31,002 bases of DNA from Phycisphaeraceae bacterium (GTDB taxonomy: Bacteria > Planctomycetota > Phycisphaerae > Phycisphaerales > Zrk34), in assembly GCA_040905565.1 (NCBI GenBank), contig JBBDRF010000067.1, positions 57,600 to 88,601 of the forward strand, read 5' to 3'. The notes under the pieces were generated by a model. The model was not told the DNA's origin. It saw only the letters and a list, made by a program, of their open reading frames with translations, and did not search any database. Within the stretch, counting starts at the first letter, position 1. Every line of letters starts with the position of its first letter. Below, in pieces: positions 8,981 to 18,185 of the stretch. The translations under genes and the position numbers were made by a program.

Positions 8981-10087
8981 TCACCGCCTCAACGGCACCG
9001 AAAGCGTCACGCGTGTCCCCTGATCCAGCCCGCTCTCGACGTGCAGTTGACCGCCGATGCCGAGCAGACGCTGGCGGATCGCGAAGAGTCCGAATCCGCC
9101 CTCGACCAGATGCGTCTCCGTTCGTGCCGCCACGTTGTACCCTCGGCCGTTATCCGCCACCACCACGCGTATCCCGCCGTCTTCCAGCATCGTCGAACTC
9201 ACCCGCGCTTCTTCGACGCATGCATGCTTCACCACGTTGAACAGCAGCTCGCGCACCGACTGATACAGCAGCACCGCCGCGGCCTCGTCGGATGGGTTCG
9301 CCTCCGCACAGGTGTCCAGCTTCACCGTCAGGTCGAACTTCTCCTGCATCCAACTCGCAAGCCATTTCACCCCTGCGTCGAAGCCGAGATCGTGAAGCAC
9401 TGGCGGACTCAGCTCCGCCGTCAACGACCGTGTCGCATGGATCGCGTCGTCGAGCAGGCATCGCACTTGCTCAAGCCCTCTTTCGTGCGATTCATGGGTC
9501 ACGCCCGTCCGGACTGCTTCAAGCTGCCACCGGGCCGCTGCCAGCGTCTGCTGCAGATCGTCGTGAAGCAGCTGCGCCACGCGCTGCCGCTCCCGCTCCT
9601 CTGCATGGATTAACTCCGACGCCAGCGCCTGAAGCTGATCGCCTCGCAGCTGGCTTTCGGCCGTCCGCTGCGCCACCTGCTGTTTAAGGGAGCGGTTCTC
9701 CTTGCGGATCGCCGTCACGTCGATCAGCACGTTCACCCCGCCAAGCAGCGTGCCCTGCTCATCGCGCACCAGCTGCGGGCGCGGCTGCACGAACGCTCTG
9801 CTGCCGTCCGGCCGTTCGACGATAATCTCTTCGCCCACCACCGCCCGATTCTCACGCAACGCCACCGCCATCGGGCACGCATCGTGCGCCAACGGCGTAT
9901 CATCCCGCTGAAACATCCGGTACGCTCCGCACCACTGCTCTTCCCCGACGGTCGGCTCCCGCCCCCAGAGCTCAGCAGCGCAGCGATTGAAGAACGTCAC
10001 AAAGCCATGCGGATCGCAGGTATACACCGGCGCTGGTAGTGCCACCATCAGATCCCGAATGCTACCCAGAACGTCAGATTGAGCCAT
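8981..10087 (-). CDS. Cytoplasmic PAS-domain sensor histidine kinase (HisKA_3 type)
   Basis: PAS domain (YTCD..G..TFFN..A.ELWG), coiled coil, H-box ERERQRVAQLLHDDLQQ, and HATPase motifs ELLFNVVKHA, DNGRG, GFGL, GTRV. Confidence 0.9.
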   Translation of the reverse strand: MAQSDVLGSIRDLMVALPAPVYTCDPHGFVTFFNRCAAELWGREPTVGEEQWCGAYRMFQRDDTPLAHDACPMAVALRENRAVVGEEIIVERPDGSRAFVQPRPQLVRDEQGTLLGGVNVLIDVTAIRKENRSLKQQVAQRTAESQLRGDQLQALASELIHAEERERQRVAQLLHDDLQQTLAAARWQLEAVRTGVTHESHERGLEQVRCLLDDAIHATRSLTAELSPPVLHDLGFDAGVKWLASWMQEKFDLTVKLDTCAEANPSDEAAAVLLYQSVRELLFNVVKHACVEEARVSSTMLEDGGIRVVVADNGRGYNVAARTETHLVEGGFGLFAIRQRLLGIGGQLHVESGLDQGTRVTLSVPLRR

Positions 10088-10176
10088 AATCGCTCCCCGG
10101 TTCCACGCTTTATTTCTCTGACTCTTCCGATGCGTGCCCGGGTGCGATCACCGATCAAACCCGACGCACACCCCGT

Positions 10177-11529
10177 TCACTTCTGACCGTCCCCCACAAT
10201 CTCGAATCGCGCCCCCGTGGCCCGAAGCTGATCCAACTGCCGACGCCCCATCGTCAGCCGAAGCTTGACCGAGTCGGTATCGTATATCCGATCGTGCACG
10301 GTGGCACGATTTTCCAGAAAATTTAAAGCCTTGCCGTCGGACATGGGTATACGCAGCGTCAGCTCAACGTCGCCGCCGCGCTGGTGCTGCCGCACCGCTT
10401 CGACCACGCGGTCAAGGCCCGTCCCCTGTGCTGCAGAAATCGGCAACGCCGTCGGATGCTCCTGCTGCCACAGCAAGAGTTCCGCGTTGTCCTCCAGCAG
10501 ATCCACCTTGTTCAGCAGCAGCAGCCGAGGCGGTTTGTCCGCCCCGATCTCCTTGAGCACATGCTCGACGGTCTTCAGGTGCTCGCCCACCTGCGGGTCC
10601 GCAGCGTCGAGCACGATCAGCAGCAGGTCCGAGTAGATCGATTCCTCAAGCGTCGCCTTGAACGAAGCAACAAGATGGTGAGGCAGGTTCCGCACGAAGC
10701 CCACCGTGTCTGAAAGCATCACCTCATCGCCGCCGCCCAGATCCCACCGCCGGGTGCGCGTATCGAGTGTCGCGAACAGCTTGTCGTCGGCATAGACCCC
10801 CGCCCCCGTCAGTGTGTTAAACAGCGTCGACTTGCCCGCGTTGGTGTAGCCGACGAGCCCGACGGTGTAAAAATCGGTATTGCGCTGATCCACCTCTCGG
10901 CGTTTGCGGCCCTGAATCCGGTCGATCTCACGCTTGAGTTCGGCCTTGCGCCGCTGGACGATCCGCCTGTCGATTTCGATCTGCTGCTCGCCCGGTCCGC
11001 GGGTGCCGATGCCTGCCGGCGCGCCGCCTGCGATGCGCTCAAGGTGCGTCCACATCCCCGCCAGCCTCGGGTACGTATACTCCAGCTGCGCCAGTTCCAC
11101 CTGAAGCTTTGCTTCATGCGTGCGGGCACGGTTCGCGAAGATGTCGAGAATCAGTTCCGAGCGGTCAATCACCTTCACCGCCACCACCTCTTCGATGTTA
11201 CGGATCTGTGAAGGCGAAAGATCGTTCTCGAAGATCACCACCTGGGCCTCGCGAGCCTTCACCAGCGCCGCAAGCTCCTCGATTTTTCCCTTGCCCATCA
11301 GCGTCGCCGCCACCGGGGTATCGCGCGTTTGCGTCAGTTCATCGACCACCACCGCCCCGGCGGTATCGGCCAACGCTTTCAATTCATCCAGCGGGTCAGT
11401 CGGCATATACGGCTGCGTGCGGTCCGCCTGCGTCGGCGGGGCCGGGCGGTTGAGCCACTGAGGCAGCAGGGCCGCGAGAACGGCCTTCTCGCGGTTCACG
11501 GAGATCTCGTTACGGTTGGCTTCACCCAA
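10177..11529 (-). CDS. hflX: Ribosome-associated GTPase HflX
   Basis: DRSELILDIFA, LQVELAQLEY, RGPGE, G1 GYTNAGKS, LFATLD, DTVGF, NKVD, ISA. The TTG start is uncertain. Confidence 0.95.
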   Translation of the reverse strand: MGEANRNEISVNREKAVLAALLPQWLNRPAPPTQADRTQPYMPTDPLDELKALADTAGAVVVDELTQTRDTPVAATLMGKGKIEELAALVKAREAQVVIFENDLSPSQIRNIEEVVAVKVIDRSELILDIFANRARTHEAKLQVELAQLEYTYPRLAGMWTHLERIAGGAPAGIGTRGPGEQQIEIDRRIVQRRKAELKREIDRIQGRKRREVDQRNTDFYTVGLVGYTNAGKSTLFNTLTGAGVYADDKLFATLDTRTRRWDLGGGDEVMLSDTVGFVRNLPHHLVASFKATLEESIYSDLLLIVLDAADPQVGEHLKTVEHVLKEIGADKPPRLLLLNKVDLLEDNAELLLWQQEHPTALPISAAQGTGLDRVVEAVRQHQRGGDVELTLRIPMSDGKALNFLENRATVHDRIYDTDSVKLRLTMGRRQLDQLRATGARFEIVGDGQK

Positions 11530-11639
11530 GGGCGTTCGTCTCGGTACAATGGTGTATCATCGAATCTTCAAACCTCGAACGGTATGGTAGCACGGCTTAG
11601 CCGATGGCGCACCGTCCGAGCGTGAACTGGGAGCCCACC

Positions 11640-13181
11640 ATGAATCGTCGTCTTCAGGTTAACGTCGTCATCCTCGCCTTGCTCGTCGGCATCGTCGGCG
11701 GTCGCATGGCTGATAACATCCTCCGCGCCGATGCCTACAGCTATTTCGATACCCTCGTCGATGTCCGCAGCGAACTCGTTCGCCACTACGTCGAAGAGCC
11801 CGAAGAAGACGAAATGCTCAAAGGCGCCATCAAAGGCATGGTCGAAGCGCTCAACGATCCGTTCACCGACTACCTCGCCCCGGAAGATCTTGAACAGTTC
11901 GACCGCCAGACCCGCGCCACCTTCAGCGGCATCGGCGCGGAAATCAGCGCTCAGGACGGGCAGATCATGATCGTCAGCCCCCTCGAAGATTCCCCCGCAT
12001 TCGAAGCAGGCATCATGGCCGGCGACATCATCCTCGAGATCAACGGCGAATCCACCGAGGGCCTCAGCACGCAGGACGCGGTCCAGAAAATCACCGGCCC
12101 GCGCGGCACCGAAGTCACCCTCAAAGTCCGCCACCCCGACGGCGAAGAAGCCGAAATCACCATCGTCCGCCAGCAGATCGACGTGCAGACCGTCAGAGGC
12201 TTCCGCCGCGATGCCGAGAACCACTGGAACTACCTGCTCGATCCCGAAGCAGGCGTCGGCTACGTCCGCGTTTCGCAGTTCGCTTCGCCCACTACTGACG
12301 CCCTCAAAGAAGCGGTCAAGCAGGCGCAGGATCAGGGCATGAAGGGCCTCATCCTCGACCTCCGCTTCAACCCCGGCGGCCTGCTCGATCAGGCCGTCGC
12401 CATGTCCGACATGTTCCTCTCCGAGGGGACCATCCTTTCAACACGCGGCCGCAACTCCCCGCACCGCGCCTGGGAAGCCGAGCCCGGCAACGGTCTCACC
12501 GACTTCCCCATGATCATCCTCGTCAACGAATTCAGCGCCAGCGCCAGCGAAATCGTCGCCGGCGCCCTCCGCGACAACAACCGCGCCACCGTGCTCGGCA
12601 CCCGATCGTTCGGCAAGGGCTCGGTGCAGCAGGTGATGAAGCTTGAATCCGGGGCCGGGGCACTCAAGGTCACCACCGCCTACTACTACCTGCCCTCCGG
12701 CCGCAACCTGCATCGCCGCGAGGGCGCGACCGAGTGGGGCGTCGATCCGAACGACGGGTTCTACGTGCCGATGAGCAACGACCAGATCCGCAAGATGACC
12801 GAGCTTCGCCGTGACAGCGATATCATTCGCAACCGCGACGGCGAAGAAGCCGAACGCATCACGCCGGACCTCATCGAGGACGAGCTGAGCGATCCCCAGC
12901 TCGCCGCCGCCCTGCAAGCCATGCTCGGCAAGTTCGAGACCGGCGAATTTCCCCGCGTCGGCGAATCCGAAGCTACCCTCACCGCCCACGTCAATGAGCG
13001 TTCGACCATGGAACGCCGCCGGGAAGTGCTCAGCGAATCGCTCGAGCAAGTCGACGAAAGCCTGCGCCAACTCGACGAATCCATCGCCGAGATCAACGGC
13101 GACAACGGCGACAACGACGCCGAAGCCGAAGTCGAACCCGAAGAGGAAGTCGAAACCGAAGCCGAACCGGCAACCCCGTAG
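11640..13181 (+). CDS. S41 family carboxyl-terminal processing protease (CtpA-like) with PDZ domain
   Basis: N-terminal anchor, LNDPFT, FSGIG PDZ, LILDLRFNPGG, catalytic SASASEIVAG and SFGKGSVQ. Start set at the ATG at 11640, after GGGAG. Confidence 0.93.
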   Translation: MNRRLQVNVVILALLVGIVGGRMADNILRADAYSYFDTLVDVRSELVRHYVEEPEEDEMLKGAIKGMVEALNDPFTDYLAPEDLEQFDRQTRATFSGIGAEISAQDGQIMIVSPLEDSPAFEAGIMAGDIILEINGESTEGLSTQDAVQKITGPRGTEVTLKVRHPDGEEAEITIVRQQIDVQTVRGFRRDAENHWNYLLDPEAGVGYVRVSQFASPTTDALKEAVKQAQDQGMKGLILDLRFNPGGLLDQAVAMSDMFLSEGTILSTRGRNSPHRAWEAEPGNGLTDFPMIILVNEFSASASEIVAGALRDNNRATVLGTRSFGKGSVQQVMKLESGAGALKVTTAYYYLPSGRNLHRREGATEWGVDPNDGFYVPMSNDQIRKMTELRRDSDIIRNRDGEEAERITPDLIEDELSDPQLAAALQAMLGKFETGEFPRVGESEATLTAHVNERSTMERRREVLSESLEQVDESLRQLDESIAEINGDNGDNDAEAEVEPEEEVETEAEPATP

Positions 13182-13244
13182 GGTGGGCACCGCCCACCAA
13201 AAAGCGGAGTCCCGTAGGGTGGGTAGAGCGCAGCGAAACCCACC
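13175..13244 (+). repeat. Two tandem GTAG-type REP elements
   Basis: CCCGTAG-GGTGGGC-ACC-GCCCACC (13175-13198) and CCCGTAG-GGTGGGT-AGAGCGCAGCGAA-ACCCACC (13211-13244). Confidence 0.8.
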
Positions 13245-13249
13245 ACCAC

Positions 13250-13291
13250 GCAATGACAAATAACCAACGCCCACTGCCTAATCACCAATGA
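13250..13291 (+). repeat. Degenerate heptamer tandem array, 6 units, containing the tsaD ATG
   Basis: GCAATGA CAAATAA CCAACGC CCACTGC CTAATCA CCAATGA. Confidence 0.75.
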
Positions 13292-14352
13292 CCTCCTCTC
13301 TCATCCTCGGCATCGAATCCAGCTGTGACGAAACCGCCGCCGCCGTTGTGCGTGGCGAGCATCAGGTGCTCAGCAACGTCGTCGCCTCGCAGCATGAACT
13401 GCACGCCAAGTTCGGAGGCGTCGTCCCCGAAATCGCCAGCCGTGCCCACATCGAACGCATCCTCCCCGTCATCGAAGACGCCCTTGCCCAGGCGAACGTC
13501 ACCCTGACCGAGCTTGACGCCATCGCCGTCGGCAACCGCCCGGGCCTCATCGGCTCGCTGCTCGTCGGCGTCGCCGCGGCCAAAACCCTCGCCTGGGCCG
13601 CCCGCAAGCCGCTCGTCGGCGTCGATCATGTCCGCGCTCACCTCGTCGCCGCAGCCCTTGAAGATGAGCCGATCGCCTACCCCGCCGTCGGCCTCGTCGT
13701 CAGCGGCGGGCACACCTCGCTGTATCACCTTAATGGTCCGACGCAGCTGCACGTCATCGGCCGCACCATCGACGACGCCGTCGGCGAAGCCTACGACAAG
13801 GTCGCTGCCATCCTTCAGCTCGGCTTCCCAGGCGGGCCCGCCGTCGACCGTCTCGCCAAGCAGGGCGACCCCGCAGCCGTGAAACTCCCACGCACGCTGC
13901 TGGCAAAAGACAGCCTCGATTTTTCATTCAGCGGCCTCAAGACCGCCGTCCTCTACCACGTCCGAGGCATGCCCACCGGCCGGGGCCGAGCCGCCCAGTT
14001 CGAGCGCGACGCTTCTGAGCTGACCGATCAGCAGAAGGCCGACGTCGCTGCCGGTTTTCAGGCCGCCGTCACCGATGTGCTCATCAAGAAACTCGGCCGA
14101 GCGGTGGGGCGGTTGCGTGAGCAGGGCACGGCGGTGCATTCGCTGGTCGTCGGCGGCGGCGTCAGCGCCAACTCCGCCCTCCGCGCCCGCACGCAGACCT
14201 TCGCTGACGAACACGCCCTCGCCCTACGCCTGCCGAAGATGAAGTACTGCCTTGATAATGCCGCCATGATCGCCGCCCTCGCCGTGCACGATCTCCAAGC
14301 CGGCAACACCGCCGACCTCTCCCTCGAAGCCGTCGCCACGACGGGCTCCTAA
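13288..14352 (+). CDS. tsaD: tRNA N6-adenosine threonylcarbamoyltransferase TsaD
   Basis: LGIESSCDET, GGVVPEIASRAH, PGLIGSL, HxxxH (HVRAH), VSGGHT, DDAVGEAYDK, FSFSGLKT, GGVSAN, DNAAMIA. Confidence 0.97.
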   Translation: MTSSLILGIESSCDETAAAVVRGEHQVLSNVVASQHELHAKFGGVVPEIASRAHIERILPVIEDALAQANVTLTELDAIAVGNRPGLIGSLLVGVAAAKTLAWAARKPLVGVDHVRAHLVAAALEDEPIAYPAVGLVVSGGHTSLYHLNGPTQLHVIGRTIDDAVGEAYDKVAAILQLGFPGGPAVDRLAKQGDPAAVKLPRTLLAKDSLDFSFSGLKTAVLYHVRGMPTGRGRAAQFERDASELTDQQKADVAAGFQAAVTDVLIKKLGRAVGRLREQGTAVHSLVVGGGVSANSALRARTQTFADEHALALRLPKMKYCLDNAAMIAALAVHDLQAGNTADLSLEAVATTGS

Positions 14353-14368
14353 GCGACGCTCCCCCCAA

Positions 14369-14435
14369 AGAGCCGGGCTGTCCCCAGCCCGGTCGGTTGT
14401 ATGCGCGATAACCGGGCTGGTGACGGCCCAGCTCT
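14369..14435. repeat. Inverted doublet of AGAGCCGG-type palindromic repeats
   Basis: 14369-14393 AGAGCCGGGCTGTCCCCAGCCCGGT and the reverse complement of 14411-14435 match at 22/25. Confidence 0.75.
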
Positions 14436-14526
14436 ATTGTCACATAAAACATCCTTGCCCCAAGGGACGGTCCCGGAATAAACTATAAACATCATCACGA
14501 TCCATTCCCGTTAGCGAGGTAACAAG

Positions 14527-15903
14527 ATGCAAGATCGCACCGCCGTGTCCACCGCGTTCCGCATGAAGCGTCGGCATTTCATCAAGGCCGCCGCAGCCGG
14601 TTCCGTCCTTGCGGGGCTGCCTGCGGTGAGTCTGGCGCGTAGCGTCTCCGCCAACGAGAAAGTGAACCTCGCCTGCATCGGCATCGGCAACCAGGGCGGC
14701 GGCATCGCCCGGACGATCGGCCGTTCCGACCTCGTCAACGTCGTCGCGCTCTGCGATGTCGACCTTGAGCACAGCCGCACCAATGCCGTGAAGGAAGCCT
14801 TCTCCGGAGCCGACCAGTTCCAGGACTTCCGCAAGATGTTCGACCAGATGGGCGACCAGATCGACGCCGTCACCATCGGCACCCCCGATCACTCGCACTT
14901 CCCCATCGGCATGCTCGCGATGTCCATGGGCAAGCACATCTACGTCGAAAAACCCATGGCCAACACGTTCCAGGAATCGGAACTGATGATGGCTGCGGAG
15001 AAGAAGTACAAGGTCGCTGCTCAGGTCGGCAACCAGGGCCACTCCGGCGGCAACTATCATCAGTTCAAAGCGTGGAAAGAGGCCGGCGTCATCAAGGACG
15101 TCACCAAGATCGTCGCCTTCATGAACAGCCCCCGCCGCTGGCACGGGTGGACCGTCGACGGCTACCCCACCGGCGAAGAAAAACCCGACACCCTCGACTG
15201 GGATCTCTGGCACACCACCTCCGCCGAGTCCGTCCCGTTCAGCGGCCGCCTGCACCCGGGCAACTGGCGCAGCTGGTACCGCTTCGGCAACGGCGCGTTC
15301 GGCGACTGGGGCCCGCACATCCTCGATACCGCCCACCGCTTCCTCGAGCTCGGCCTGCCCACCGAAATCCAAGCCATCAAGCGCGACGGCCCCAACGCCT
15401 ACATCTTCCCGCAAGCTTCGACCATCAAGTTCACCTTCCCCGCGCGTGGCGACATGCCTCCCGTCGAAGTCTTCTGGTACGACGGCACCGCCAACAAACC
15501 CGAAGCCCCGCCCGAACTCGAAGGCCGCAGCCTTCAGGCCCAGGGCAAACTGATCTTCGGCAAAGACCTCACGTTCTACGGCGGCACGCACGGCGCCATC
15601 CTCCGCATCGTGCCCGAATCAAAACTCCGCGAGATTCATGCCGACCTGCCCGAGTTCGAAGTCGGCTCCAGCCACCACCAAAACTTCATCCTCGGTGCCA
15701 AGGGCGAAGAGCAGACCCGCTCCTCGCTCGATGTCGCAGGCCTGCTCTCGCAGGTCTTCAACCTCGGCACCATCGCCCAGGAACTCGGCGGCACGCTCAA
15801 GTTCGACCCCGCCACCAAACGCTTCACCAACAACGATCAGGCCAACGAACTACTCGCCGGCCCGCCCCCGCGCAAAGGCTGGGAAGACTACTACAAACTC
15901 TAG
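14527..15903 (+). CDS. Tat-exported Gfo/Idh/MocA family oxidoreductase
   Basis: Twin-arginine signal KRRHFIK, IGIGNQG, ALCDVD, TPDHSH, YVEKPM, GDWGPHILD; GAGG RBS. Confidence 0.93.
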   Translation: MQDRTAVSTAFRMKRRHFIKAAAAGSVLAGLPAVSLARSVSANEKVNLACIGIGNQGGGIARTIGRSDLVNVVALCDVDLEHSRTNAVKEAFSGADQFQDFRKMFDQMGDQIDAVTIGTPDHSHFPIGMLAMSMGKHIYVEKPMANTFQESELMMAAEKKYKVAAQVGNQGHSGGNYHQFKAWKEAGVIKDVTKIVAFMNSPRRWHGWTVDGYPTGEEKPDTLDWDLWHTTSAESVPFSGRLHPGNWRSWYRFGNGAFGDWGPHILDTAHRFLELGLPTEIQAIKRDGPNAYIFPQASTIKFTFPARGDMPPVEVFWYDGTANKPEAPPELEGRSLQAQGKLIFGKDLTFYGGTHGAILRIVPESKLREIHADLPEFEVGSSHHQNFILGAKGEEQTRSSLDVAGLLSQVFNLGTIAQELGGTLKFDPATKRFTNNDQANELLAGPPPRKGWEDYYKL

Positions 15904-15933
15904 TCGCGCCCGCGAAAACCAAAGACGTCCCAT

Positions 15934-15969
15934 CAGAGCCTGGCTGTCTTCAGCCCGGCTCTGTTTTTT
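15934..15969 (+). terminator. Intrinsic terminator built from an AGAGCCGG-type palindrome
   Basis: CAGAGCCTGGCTG-TCTT-CAGCCCGGCTCTG followed by T6, downstream of the oxidoreductase. Confidence 0.75.
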
Positions 15970-16025
15970 GTTGGTTGGCAATGTCGAACAGCCCCGCCTC
16001 CGCGGTGGCAGTGTTGGGGGGGCAC

Positions 16026-17054
16026 TCACCGATGAATGCCGAAGTCGCCCCGCACGTCGCGCCAGAGTGCATGCACGTGGTTCGCCGGCCGCCCCGCTGA
16101 GTCCGGCTGCGTGTTCGCAAGCTCTACCAGGAACGTCGGCCCCTGCAGCCGATAGTAATGCCCCACGCCCGGCTCATCCGCCCCGGCCCACGCAAAGTGC
16201 ACCGCGTCGTACCCCGCCTCTTCAACTTCCGCCCGCCGCTGTGCCGCCACGTCCGCAGGCATGTTCGTCAGGTACACCTCGATCAGGTCACGCAGAATCG
16301 CCCGCTGCGCCGTGTCCATCTCGCCGCCCGCCAGCCCGACCGCTTCCGTGTTCGGCGGCTGAGGCTCGCCAGCACTGCGCACGTCCTGAAGCGGCTGCTC
16401 CGCGATCACCGCCGTCGCCCGCTGCTCATCGCTCAACAAATGCAACAGCCCGAACGCCAGCCGTTCCTCGTCCTCAAGAATCCGCGTCCCCTCCGCCAGC
16501 GCCCCCTCAATCGCATCCTTCACAATCCCCGGATTCGCCCCGAAGAACATCGGCGTATGGGCCTCGACCTCGCCCTCGTCCACCACGAAATTCAGCGAAA
16601 GATGATGCCCCTCCACGCTCAGCCCCCATCGCCCCGCAAGGTCAGGATCGCCGAAGAGCGTGAAGTAATACCGCTCCGGATCCCGCACCATCCGCCCGTC
16701 CTCGATCGCGTCAAGGATCACTTCCAGCTGAATGATCTTGGTCGTCTTCTCATAGCCCGCTTCGCTCAGTGCCGTTCGCAGAAGCTGATGCGCCTGCTCC
16801 CGCTGCCCCTCATCCATCGCACCCAGGCTCAGCCCCTTCCGATGCGCCATCGGCACGAAGTGCCAGTCCAGCCGAGCCGGATCGTCGTACGCCAGCAGCG
16901 CCGTCTCCCGCTGTTCTTCGCTGAGCCCTTCAAGGAACACCTGTGCCGACTCGGTCATGCTCTGGCCGGTCGCGACCAGCTGAGCCGCCACAGCCGCGAG
17001 CCCCAGCAGCCCCACACACAGAAACATCGCGATCGTGGTCGTCCGTCGGTTCAT
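16026..17054 (-). CDS. Secreted DUF3500 domain protein
   Basis: Signal peptide; WHFVP..RKGL, YYFTLFGDP, WGLSVEGHHLSLN, TPMFFGANP, FAWAG, YYRLQGPTFLVE, NHVHALWRD motifs recognised as DUF3500; AGGAG RBS. Confidence 0.85.
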   Translation of the reverse strand: MNRRTTTIAMFLCVGLLGLAAVAAQLVATGQSMTESAQVFLEGLSEEQRETALLAYDDPARLDWHFVPMAHRKGLSLGAMDEGQREQAHQLLRTALSEAGYEKTTKIIQLEVILDAIEDGRMVRDPERYYFTLFGDPDLAGRWGLSVEGHHLSLNFVVDEGEVEAHTPMFFGANPGIVKDAIEGALAEGTRILEDEERLAFGLLHLLSDEQRATAVIAEQPLQDVRSAGEPQPPNTEAVGLAGGEMDTAQRAILRDLIEVYLTNMPADVAAQRRAEVEEAGYDAVHFAWAGADEPGVGHYYRLQGPTFLVELANTQPDSAGRPANHVHALWRDVRGDFGIHR

Positions 17055-17064
17055 CCGTTAGCTC

Positions 17065-17568
17065 CTACCAGTGAACATGAAGGTCGGGCAGCGCCCGCGA
17101 AAGTTCCGCAATTCCGTCGTCCGTGATGGCCGTTCCACTGAAGTAGAACGACTCCAACGCGTGCAGCCCGTGCAGATGCTCAAGCCCCGCATCGGTGATC
17201 GGCACATCGTAAAGCATCAGATGCTCAAGCCCCTGCATCTCACCCAGGTGGCGCAGCGACTGGTCGTCAAGCGCTGCCGCGCCGACCAGCCTCAACATCT
17301 CAAGCGTTTGAAGTTCTGCGATTCGTTCAAGCCCCTCCCCCGTGATGCGTGCGCGGCCGAGGCTCAGGCGTCGAAGCGTCAGCTGGCCTTCGAGCATCGC
17401 AACCTGATCGTCGCCGACCTCGTTCGCCTCGACCTGAATCTCCTCAGCCTCGCCCGCGCGCACCGCCTGTACCTGCGCGTTCCAGTCCTGCTCCGCGGGC
17501 GGTGGCGCACCAGCGCCGCAGCCGAGCGCGACGAACATCCACAGGAAACCCGCGACACGCGCTAGCAT
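17065..17568 (-). CDS. Leucine-rich repeat lipoprotein
   Basis: Lipobox-like ALGC and repeats LRRLSLGRARITGEGL, LEHLMLYDVPITDAGL, LESFYFSGTAITDDGI. Start set at the ATG at 17568, 4 nt after the upstream stop. Confidence 0.8.
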   Translation of the reverse strand: MLARVAGFLWMFVALGCGAGAPPPAEQDWNAQVQAVRAGEAEEIQVEANEVGDDQVAMLEGQLTLRRLSLGRARITGEGLERIAELQTLEMLRLVGAAALDDQSLRHLGEMQGLEHLMLYDVPITDAGLEHLHGLHALESFYFSGTAITDDGIAELSRALPDLHVHW

Positions 17569-17572
17569 CGGC

Positions 17573-17977
17573 TCATTCGCCGCCTTCGCCGTACTCCGGA
17601 GGCAGGCGGCCTTCGCGAAGGTGCGACCAGTATTCTTCATGCCTCTCCCGAATCGCCGTCGCCTCTGAGCCGCTCACCTGACCCTCCGCCAACTGCTCTT
17701 CAGCTTGAAGCATCTCCTCCAGAAGACCGAGGAGCTCCTCATTAGAAGCCTCCGTCGCCCGGTTGACCAGCCGCTCCAGCGCCATCGCGTTGTTGCGGTG
17801 CGCACGGCGGGGATTCTCATTGGTGGCAAACTTCGCCCGCTGCTGCAGAGCCTCCCCCTCTTTCTTAACGTTCGCCCACAACTGGTCCGTCGGGTCAGCG
17901 CCACACCCCGTCAGCGTAAGCCCCGCCACCAGCACCATCACACAAATCCCAATCCGACGTAGCAATATCTCTGTCAT
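17573..17977 (-). CDS. Hypothetical helical lipoprotein
   Basis: Signal peptide with lipobox LTGC and GAAGGA RBS; tightly coupled to the LRR gene. Confidence 0.7.
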   Translation of the reverse strand: MTEILLRRIGICVMVLVAGLTLTGCGADPTDQLWANVKKEGEALQQRAKFATNENPRRAHRNNAMALERLVNRATEASNEELLGLLEEMLQAEEQLAEGQVSGSEATAIRERHEEYWSHLREGRLPPEYGEGGE

Positions 17978-18185
17978 GATTCTTTCCTTCTGTTTCTCCG
18001 CCGGTTCGCACCAGACGAAGGCATTTCAATAACAACCTCATTACCTGCGGCCCTGCAGGCTCGCAGGATTCGGCGGTTCGACATAGAAAACAAAACGCAC
18101 CACTTAGAACGTAACGCTAGCGGCCGCTTTTAGCCACCAATTCGGCTTGCGATGTTTCTCCCGACGCTAACACGATCTGATCGGC

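Noticed and set aside
10131..10168. Imperfect hairpin between hflX and the kinase
   Set aside because: No U-tract on either strand and no second copy; too weak to call.
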